46,215 nt of DNA from the NCBI GenBank assembly GCA_050014895.1, contig JBEKCL010000002.1, positions 1-46,215 on the forward strand, read 5' to 3'. Positions 36,177 to 42,519 of the stretch are shown here, in pieces. Under the pieces are notes generated by a model. The model ran no database searches and was not told where the DNA came from. It saw nothing but the letters and a program-made list of their open reading frames with translations. Origin of the DNA: Dehalococcoidia bacterium (GTDB taxonomy: Bacteria; Chloroflexota; Dehalococcoidia; GIF9; UBA5629). The stretch's first letter is position 1. Each line of letters begins with the position of its first letter. Position numbers and translations under genes: made by a program.

Positions 36177-36205
36177 ATAATAACAGCGTTCAGTAATGGT
36201 GTCAA
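36177..36205 (-). promoter_or_regulatory. Sigma70-type promoter of the carboxylase/Atu-like operon: -35 TTGACA, 17-nt spacer, -10 TATTAT
   Basis: The minus strand reads TTGACA-CCATTACTGAACGCTGT-TATTAT, about 70 nt upstream of the carboxyltransferase ATG (36103). Confidence 0.55.
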
Positions 36206-36315
36206 GTTAATCGTATGCTCGAAGTTCTTTATGATGAGGTAAATTGCTATGCAATGTCTCTTGTCGCACAGCGCTGGAAAAGGCCATGCACTTTGCTTAT
36301 TTACATCTATACTTT

Positions 36316-36344
36316 TTGAGATAGATGGCAGCAACAAGTATTAT
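36316..36344 (+). promoter_or_regulatory. Candidate promoter of the nitroreductase gene: TTGAGA-17 nt-TATTAT
   Basis: Hexamers and spacing read from the sequence, about 34 nt upstream of ATG 36378. GGAGGGGG SD at 36365-36372. Confidence 0.4.
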
Positions 36345-36377
36345 TGAGATACATATATTTGGTTGGAGGGGGATACA

Positions 36378-37022
36378 ATGCTTACAGTTACTGAAGCAAT
36401 AAAGCAGCGGAGGAGCATACGCAGCTTCCGCAGCGATCCGGTGCCCGATGATGCCATTCTTGAGATGCTTGAGGCTGCACGGCTGGCGCCCTCCGGCAGC
36501 AACAAGCAGCCCTGGCGTTTTATAGTTGTAACTGACCAGGACGAGAAGAGAAAACTCCGCAAGATATGTTTCGACCAGGCTTTTATCGAGCAAGCCCCGG
36601 TCGTATTTGTTTGCTGCATTGACCTGGCCGCATATGCAAGGGCCGCCCGTGAGAAACGTTCGCAGGAGTTTATAGACTCCGGTATCATTAATGAACTGTC
36701 GGGCTACTTTGCCGATCCGGCAATCCGGGAGTTATTTCTCAACGACCCTGATTCTGACTTGAATGTGCACTTCGCAAATGCAATGGCCAACACTTATATT
36801 GCTGTCGAGCATATTGCCCTGACCGCCACGTCCCTCGGGTTGGGTTCCTGCTGGGTAGGAGCCGTGGGGACTACAGAGGAAATGAACACCCTATTTCAAC
36901 TTCCTCCTACCGTATTCGCTGTTGCAGTGATGCCGGTAGGATATCCCACCAGAGTCCCTCCGCCACGTCCGCGCATTTCCCTGGACTCGATTCTATTGCG
37001 GCCTTTACGTAAGGGACCCTGA
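36378..37022 (+). CDS. Nitroreductase-family FMN oxidoreductase
   Basis: AIKQRRSIRSF, APSGSNKQPWRF and GLGSCWVG motifs. ATG 36378 has a strong SD. The ORF-track start at 36363 is a TTG inside the SD. Confidence 0.85.
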   Translation: MLTVTEAIKQRRSIRSFRSDPVPDDAILEMLEAARLAPSGSNKQPWRFIVVTDQDEKRKLRKICFDQAFIEQAPVVFVCCIDLAAYARAAREKRSQEFIDSGIINELSGYFADPAIRELFLNDPDSDLNVHFANAMANTYIAVEHIALTATSLGLGSCWVGAVGTTEEMNTLFQLPPTVFAVAVMPVGYPTRVPPPRPRISLDSILLRPLRKGP

Positions 37023-37102
37023 TGTGACACCAGGTTTGTTTTCGATCTTTAAGGATCGGGGTTTCCTTACATAAAATGATACATAGTACAGGGAGGTTAA
37101 AT

Positions 37103-38020
37103 ATGCGAAAACACCTGAAGTGGATCATCCCGCTTATCCTGGTGATTGCGGTTGCGGGTGTGTATTTATATCCGGTGACAGGCGTGGCGTTTGAGAAAAA
37201 CTACGCGAAAGTGGATCCCAAAATTACGGCTTCTTTGCAGACGTTTCGGGCAGAGCATCCCGCTAAATCGTTGAAAGTGAATGATGTTGCATGGGAATAT
37301 ATTGCTTTTGGCAAGGGGCAGGAGACCATTATATTTTTGCACGGCATGACCGGTGCTTACGATATATGGTGGCAGCAAATGGAAGACCTGCAAGACCGTT
37401 ATCGTGTTATATCGGTCACGTATCCTGCTGTGGATTCGCTGGAAAAGCTGAGCGGAGGTGTCTTGGCTATTATGGATGCCGAAGGTGCTGAACGGGCGCA
37501 TATTGTTGGAACTTCCCTGGGCGGCTACCTGGCCCAATACCTGGTAGCGAACCATCCTGACCGGATACTGCGGGCTGTTTTCTCAAACACATTCCCCCCG
37601 AATGATATAATCGCAGAAAAGAACAAGACGATTGGCGCGGTTTTGCCATTTTTACCTGAGTGGCTGGTAATGGATGTTCTGCGCGACAGTTTTGTAAAGA
37701 GTATTTATCCCGCTTCCGGCAATAATGAATTGACACTGGCGTTCCTCACGGAAATTGGGTCGGGGCGTATGTCCAAAGCGCAGGTAGTGGGGCGTTATCG
37801 CTGCGTTGTCCAACCGTTTACCGCTCCTGATCTAAATAAATTGAAAATCCCTGTGTTGATTATTGAAGCGGATAACGATCCGCTTGTGGAAAAGGCCTTA
37901 CGCGAACAGTTAAAATCAACTTATCCTTCGGCTGAAGTACGGACATTATCCAGCGGGCATTTCCCATACTTGAACCGCTCAACAGGTTTTACAGATATAG
38001 TCACCGCTTTCTTAAAATAG
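37103..38020 (+). CDS. Alpha/beta-fold hydrolase with N-terminal membrane anchor or signal peptide
   Basis: HGMTG oxyanion region, nucleophile elbow GTSLGG and C-terminal SGHFPYL His. ATG 37103 is preceded by GGGAGG. Confidence 0.8.
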   Translation: MRKHLKWIIPLILVIAVAGVYLYPVTGVAFEKNYAKVDPKITASLQTFRAEHPAKSLKVNDVAWEYIAFGKGQETIIFLHGMTGAYDIWWQQMEDLQDRYRVISVTYPAVDSLEKLSGGVLAIMDAEGAERAHIVGTSLGGYLAQYLVANHPDRILRAVFSNTFPPNDIIAEKNKTIGAVLPFLPEWLVMDVLRDSFVKSIYPASGNNELTLAFLTEIGSGRMSKAQVVGRYRCVVQPFTAPDLNKLKIPVLIIEADNDPLVEKALREQLKSTYPSAEVRTLSSGHFPYLNRSTGFTDIVTAFLK

Positions 38021-38038
38021 CTTTCCATGCCATTTATC

Positions 38039-38443
38039 TTAACTTTGCATCACGCACTCATTGTAGACAACTTTCATATTATTCTCACGGCAAAAAGATA
38101 TGGCTGCTTCGCTTTCTGATCCTGGTTGAAGCCATATGCGGGTAAGCCCCAATATCTTACATTGCTTGATAATTTCTTCAGTCGTCTCCGGTGGAACTAC
38201 AAAGTCCACTACATCTACCTTATCTGGAATGTCATTAATGCTGTGATAACAGGTTAACCCCTCTAGCTCTTTTAACTTGGGATTAACCGGGTAGACATCA
38301 TAGCCTCGGATCTTAAGGTTTTTCACTATCTTGTTGCCATATTTATACGGGTTTTTACTAGCGCCGATCACTGCGAACTTCCTCTTCGCCATAAACTCAT
38401 TGATTAGCTCTTGCACATCATTCTCCTTTAGTATCGGCGACAT
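38039..38443 (-). CDS. CoA-binding domain protein (YccU-like)
   Basis: FAVIGASKNPYKYGNKIVKNL..GYDVYPVNP. Confidence 0.8.
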   Translation of the reverse strand: MSPILKENDVQELINEFMAKRKFAVIGASKNPYKYGNKIVKNLKIRGYDVYPVNPKLKELEGLTCYHSINDIPDKVDVVDFVVPPETTEEIIKQCKILGLTRIWLQPGSESEAAISFCRENNMKVVYNECVMQS

Positions 38444-38461
38444 TAATTATGATTTTAAGGT

Positions 38462-39070
38462 TCAAAAACCTTCGGGAAATTCATATGAGGATGGTATCTC
38501 GCTGGGGATTTCATCAGCAGTGCCGTAGCTTACAAAGATCTCTTGATGCTGTTCCAATTTTATAGTTCTGGGATCGCCGCTGAATGGGTTGCCGTTAATA
38601 AAAACTTTCAGGGTTTTCTCTCCTTGATTACAGTATCCGCCGATACAGTTAGCGGTTAAACGAACCCCCCAAATATCGAAGAATTGACCGAGGGTGTAGA
38701 CTTCGTCTGTAGGGGATTCGATATGTATTATCCCTCTTGTGTCATGAGTATGGATTGGGGCGAGAAAACTACTGTTCTCCCCCATGCCAATACCATGTGG
38801 GACCTGAATTGGTTTCCCGTCTACAAAAATATCCAAATGCTGATGAGTATGTAAAACCGCACCTTCTTCAGATAAAGCAGGAAGGTTGATATCCTTTAAC
38901 CTTTCCTTCAAGTTGGTTATCTCTGCCGGCCAGGGTGCCGGTCCCGTCTGCATACCGGGTAAAGTATCTGTATTTAAATTACCGACAGGTTTACCTGGGC
39001 TGCAATTTAGAATCGCCAAGATAACTAATATCAGCACCGCAAAGCTGCTGATGACTCTAATCTTACGCAT
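38462..39070 (-). CDS. Exported (signal peptide / possible lipoprotein) His-rich protein of unknown function
   Basis: N-terminus MRKIRVISSFAVLILVILAILNCS, then HTHQHLDIFVDG and PIHTHDTRGIIHIES clusters. GGAAGGA SD. Confidence 0.6.
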   Translation of the reverse strand: MRKIRVISSFAVLILVILAILNCSPGKPVGNLNTDTLPGMQTGPAPWPAEITNLKERLKDINLPALSEEGAVLHTHQHLDIFVDGKPIQVPHGIGMGENSSFLAPIHTHDTRGIIHIESPTDEVYTLGQFFDIWGVRLTANCIGGYCNQGEKTLKVFINGNPFSGDPRTIKLEQHQEIFVSYGTADEIPSEIPSSYEFPEGF

Positions 39071-39092
39071 ATTCTTATCCTTCCAAAAAGCC

Positions 39093-39149
39093 TTAGAACA
39101 ACTCGTGTACTTTGCCTGTAGCCGTATCGATGTCTATCCTGCGGAAGGC
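39093..39149 (-). pseudogene. 57-nt remnant of a formate--tetrahydrofolate ligase 3' end (last 18 codons plus stop)
   Basis: 52/57 nt identical to 42463-42519. Translates as [18 protein letters not shown], versus [18 protein letters not shown] for the real fhs. There is no upstream fhs-like frame; stop codons come immediately. Confidence 0.8.
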
Positions 39150-39158
39150 CAATGGTCA

Positions 39159-40322
39159 TTACGAATTCAGATTGCGCAATAGGCGGTCGGCTTCCTCAGC
39201 GCTGATCCGCCCCTCGCTTAAAGCATTTAAAACAGCCAGGGGCGTATTATATGGAACTGCCTTACCGTCCGCAGGTACATATGATGGGGCTTGCCCTGTT
39301 CGCTGATTCTCATAATGGAGGCCAGCCGTCCGACGGGTATCGATTGTAATATCCCCATGCAGCGTATTCAGATGGATTTCGGGCATAGTCCCCTCAAGGT
39401 TAGTCCCCATTGTGCCTACCATCCTTCCGCCATGCCAGGCCTCGGGACCCTGGCGCGTGACGCGTACCATCGGTGTCGTGGATTTAATATCACCCTGCCG
39501 TGTGGCCACGTCCAGGCGTGCCCTGGTATCAGCAGGCAGGGAAAGGCGGATATCGCCGCGATTTACAATGATAGCCCAGTTACCCGCGGGCATACATGAT
39601 TCACATATAAAATTGCCTTTAATAAGGTTCAGGTCGAAGTCTGTCAAGCGTCCCCCCTTCAGCTTCACATCGCCCATGCCGCACCTGACGATAAATTCAC
39701 TGACCGTTATATCTTCCAGCTGCAGGTCACCTTTGCCTATTTGCAGGTTAATCCCGGCATTTTCTTCATTGTCTCCGGACTGTTTGAAAAATCGTTTTAA
39801 AACACTTATACCTAATTCCCTGCCTGCCTGGTGCCAGAAATCCATACCCCAATCCGGCCAGCTTTCCTGCTTGCTCAGGTTAATCAACGACCATTCTCTA
39901 GTGGAGCGTGGCAGTTCAGCTATTGCGGTCTCGGTAAAGTGCTCCAGATGGATATTTCCTTTGCCGGCTGCGACAGAAAGGGCACCGCTGCAGTTCTCGA
40001 CATGGATTTCACCCTTGCCGAGTATAAAGTTAAGCCGGGCCTGTATATTTCCAGCCATGAATTCTGCCTGTCCGGAAAACAGGTCCACTGCCCATGCTTT
40101 ATGTTTTGGCAATTGCAGGGTGAATTCTGCCTTATCTTTACGTTCTGATGTTTGTATCTGAAGCTGGCGGTCCACTATCTCCAGCCTCAAATTTTCTTCG
40201 TGGTCGCCTTCCAGATTGACACAGTCACTGTCGATCCCCTCGATGGTCACTTTGCTATCACGTGCCCTGACCCCGGTGGCGTCAAATGCATTTGCCGGCC
40301 AGGTACGTTTCATCTTTGCCAT
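39159..40322 (-). CDS. DUF4097-like beta-helical repeat protein (LiaF/YvlB-type 'putative adhesin' fold) with SHOCT-like C-terminal helix
   Basis: Recurrent G-x-G-[DEN]-I/V-x-L/V repeat units (GKGEIHVEN, GKGNIHLEH, GKGDLQLED, GMGDVKLKG, NRGDIRLSL, RQGDIKST, LHGDITIDT). Tail is LNALSEGRISAEEADRLLRNL. Confidence 0.6.
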   Translation of the reverse strand: MAKMKRTWPANAFDATGVRARDSKVTIEGIDSDCVNLEGDHEENLRLEIVDRQLQIQTSERKDKAEFTLQLPKHKAWAVDLFSGQAEFMAGNIQARLNFILGKGEIHVENCSGALSVAAGKGNIHLEHFTETAIAELPRSTREWSLINLSKQESWPDWGMDFWHQAGRELGISVLKRFFKQSGDNEENAGINLQIGKGDLQLEDITVSEFIVRCGMGDVKLKGGRLTDFDLNLIKGNFICESCMPAGNWAIIVNRGDIRLSLPADTRARLDVATRQGDIKSTTPMVRVTRQGPEAWHGGRMVGTMGTNLEGTMPEIHLNTLHGDITIDTRRTAGLHYENQRTGQAPSYVPADGKAVPYNTPLAVLNALSEGRISAEEADRLLRNLNS

Positions 40323-40750
40323 TAATCTCCTTCTCCCTCTACTTTCCTCAGTTTTTCCACTGCTTCAACCGGCGTTAGTTTACCGTCAGCCACCTTCTGC
40401 AAAATATCATTCCGGGTGTTCGCAGCAGCATCGGAGCTTATGTCCGGCGCTGCGTTTCCTTTTACCTGCCGGGACCCGGCAGCCCCGTCGATCCGATTGA
40501 TGGCATTATTTATTTCATCCAGCTTGTTGCGTATTGTAGGATAAGAGATACCCAGGATCCTTTCGACTTCACTGAGATTGCCGCGGGCTGACAGGAAGAC
40601 CCTGGTAAAGGCCATCTCATCATCGGTGAGCGCTGCCAGCGGCCCTGACCGGAATTCACCACGCATCTGTAGTTGACAGTTAGTACATTTGCACTCTGTT
40701 ATAACTAGCTCGCCGCCGCAAGCAGGGCATTGGCTGAAAAGTTTCTGCAT
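40322..40750 (-). CDS. DUF2089-like zinc-ribbon + HTH protein with SHOCT-like C-terminal helix
   Basis: CPACGGEL...CTNCQ zinc ribbon, an HTH (GNLSEVERILGISYPTIRNKLDEI), and tail LQKVADGKLTPVEAVEKLRKV. AGGAGGA SD. Its stop shares one nucleotide with the next gene's ATG (TAATG). Confidence 0.65.
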   Translation of the reverse strand: MQKLFSQCPACGGELVITECKCTNCQLQMRGEFRSGPLAALTDDEMAFTRVFLSARGNLSEVERILGISYPTIRNKLDEINNAINRIDGAAGSRQVKGNAAPDISSDAAANTRNDILQKVADGKLTPVEAVEKLRKVEGEGD

Positions 40751-40771
40751 GCCATCCTCCTGTTACCTGAT

Positions 40772-40799
40772 ATATTAGTCGAATTCTTGAAAAAATCAA
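40772..40799 (-). promoter_or_regulatory. Candidate promoter for the DUF2089/DUF4097 pair: TTGATT-16 nt-TAATAT
   Basis: Read on the minus strand, about 20 nt upstream of the ATG (40750). This would give a very short leader. Confidence 0.35.
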
Positions 40800-40938
40800 T
40801 AAATTAAACAAAATCTCTCATTATTGTTGCGGCATTAATCAAATGGCCCCGGAATGTATGCACCCCCTTGTGTGCGCCTGTTATTGTCAGAAGGTAGTAC
40901 TTTTGCATAATAGTACACCGTGATATCCTGATATTTAA

Positions 40939-40970
40939 TATTGTAATTATAAAAAGTTAAAATTACAATA
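40939..40970. repeat. Inverted repeat TATTGTAATT-N12-AATTACAATA (10-bp perfect arms) in the AT-rich divergent intergenic region
   Basis: Read directly from the sequence. Function unknown. Confidence 0.6.
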
Positions 40971-41063
40971 ATATAATTCCTAATTTGCATTAATATAACA
41001 AAAATAGTAAAATTCTGGCGTAGGCGCAAAAACAGCGCGCAAATTATTAAAGGGGTGTCAGTG

Positions 41064-42455
41064 ATGATAAAAGAACGTGAATATGCTGAATTAAATGAAA
41101 GCAAATGGGAAGGAAGGGTTGCAATGAATAAAGCTGTCGATAGGGATACCTGTTTCAGGGCGGAAACATTTGATAAACTCCAGTTCTTCCTTGATGAATA
41201 CAGGTACAACGACCATCAGATACATTGTGTGATCAGTTTTGACGGAAAGTTAAATAGGGAAATATTGAAAAAGGCCGTATTGATGTCGCTGGAGGCTGTG
41301 CCCATACTGGGCAGCCATTACGTGGTAAATAGCCATCAACCATACTGGCAAAGCATCGACAGTGCCCGTTGTGAGAAAGCTGTCTCATTTATTGACAGCA
41401 GCAATATTGATGAGGACCTGAAGGCACTGTTGGTCTCTAAAACATCGGCCCTGGAAGGCCCCCAGGTCAAGGTCACGTTATTATGCGGCCCGCAGCATGA
41501 CGTCCTGAATGTGGTCATAAACCATATGGTCAGTGATGCTGCCGGGTTTAAAGACTATTTGTACCTGCTGGCTTCTATCTATACCAATCTCATTAAAGAC
41601 ACGGACTACCGCCCCGCATATCGGACTAACGGTTGCAGGAGCGTAAGCCAGATTTTTCATCAATTCAATACCTGGGACCGGATTAAGCTGATGTTTTTAC
41701 CCCGCGATACAAAAGACAGCGAATATCTATTAAATAATGGGGAAAATGGGAAAGAAGAACAGCGGCCCTACATGCAGCTTTGCAGGCTGAACCGGCCGCA
41801 ATATTTATTGTTGAAAAAATACTGTGATGACAGGAAGTTCACCGTCAATGATGTGATACTGACCGCTTATTATCGCACCCTTTACCGGCTGCTGGATATT
41901 GATCGAAATATATCTTTAAACATCTCATGTACGGTAGATCTCAGGCGCTATCTCCCCGGTAAAAAGGCACCGGCAATCTGCAATCTTGCTTCATGGATTT
42001 TGTGCGATATCATCCCTGGGGAAAGTGAGAAATTTGATGATACTGCTCAACGGGTACATGACGTCATGGAACGCCGGAAAAGGTCTTTCCCGGGACTCAA
42101 CGGGCTGGCGACTTTACCGCTGGCATTTCAATTATTTCCATATGCCAGGGCCAGAGAAATAATCAGGAAAAAAATGCATTATCCGCTCTTTGCCATGACC
42201 AACATTGGCAAGTTAGATAAAAACAGCCTGGTTTTCGGGGAAACCCCCGTGACTGATGCATTTATGACCGGCTCGATGAAATACCATCCGCATTTTCAAA
42301 TGGGGCTTAGCACTTTTAACGATACCATTACTTTTAGCTTGAACCTTAATGATTGTGAACATGACCGGGAATTAGTCAGAAGATTTTTCATTCTATTCAA
42401 TGAAGAGCTTATGGGCGGCATTGGCGCTGCCCGTAGACAACCCGTCAAGGGATAA
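41064..42455 (+). CDS. Stand-alone condensation-domain / CAT-superfamily acyltransferase (PapA5/WS-DGAT-like)
   Basis: Catalytic-type motif VINHMVSDAAGF (HxxxD) about 155 aa from the N-terminus, and length about 460 aa. ATG 41064 has AGGGG 8 nt upstream. Confidence 0.55.
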   Translation: MIKEREYAELNESKWEGRVAMNKAVDRDTCFRAETFDKLQFFLDEYRYNDHQIHCVISFDGKLNREILKKAVLMSLEAVPILGSHYVVNSHQPYWQSIDSARCEKAVSFIDSSNIDEDLKALLVSKTSALEGPQVKVTLLCGPQHDVLNVVINHMVSDAAGFKDYLYLLASIYTNLIKDTDYRPAYRTNGCRSVSQIFHQFNTWDRIKLMFLPRDTKDSEYLLNNGENGKEEQRPYMQLCRLNRPQYLLLKKYCDDRKFTVNDVILTAYYRTLYRLLDIDRNISLNISCTVDLRRYLPGKKAPAICNLASWILCDIIPGESEKFDDTAQRVHDVMERRKRSFPGLNGLATLPLAFQLFPYARAREIIRKKMHYPLFAMTNIGKLDKNSLVFGETPVTDAFMTGSMKYHPHFQMGLSTFNDTITFSLNLNDCEHDRELVRRFFILFNEELMGGIGAARRQPVKG

Positions 42456-42462
42456 GCCCGGC

Positions 42463-42519
42463 TTAGAACAATCCGTGAACTTTGCCTGTCGCCGTATCGA
42501 TATCTATCCTGCGGAAGGC
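42463..42519 (-). repeat. Second copy of the 57-nt direct repeat (the functional 3' end of fhs)
   Basis: See 39093-39149. Confidence 0.8.

Larger units (their letters stand above)
39150..42462. other. 3.3-kb segment bracketed by direct copies of the fhs 3' end (candidate inserted module; no recombinase present)
   Basis: Bounded by the repeat copies at 39093-39149 and 42463-42519. Contains three genes and a 313-nt AT-rich spacer. Confidence 0.4.

Noticed and set aside
36110-36688. Three minus-strand ORFs (75, 98 and 115 aa) across the carboxylase/nitroreductase divergent region
   Set aside because: They overlap the promoter region and the well-supported nitroreductase gene in antisense. They have no recognisable motifs.
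39412-40161. 249-aa plus-strand ORF, together with similar long antisense ORFs at 6012-6563, 14385-14918, 27021-27674, 33559-34131, 25378-25890 and 44562-45017
   Set aside because: Each lies fully inside and antisense to, or out of frame with, a gene that has clear family motifs. Their translations are low-complexity, Arg/Pro/Ser/Gly-rich strings typical of shadow ORFs in GC-richer coding DNA. None has an SD-like sequence that I could see.
40854-40910. 18-codon ORF (MYAPPCVRLLLSEGSTFA) in the GC-rich island of the AT-rich spacer; considered as a RiPP or leader peptide next to the condensation-domain gene
   Set aside because: There is no SD, no adjacent modifying enzymes typical of RiPPs, and the length is within chance expectation.
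40835-41209. 124-aa minus-strand ORF spanning the AT-rich spacer and the 5' end of the condensation-domain gene
   Set aside because: The I/L/F/Y/N-rich translation is expected from AT-rich non-coding DNA. It overlaps the start of a better-supported gene, and there is no SD.
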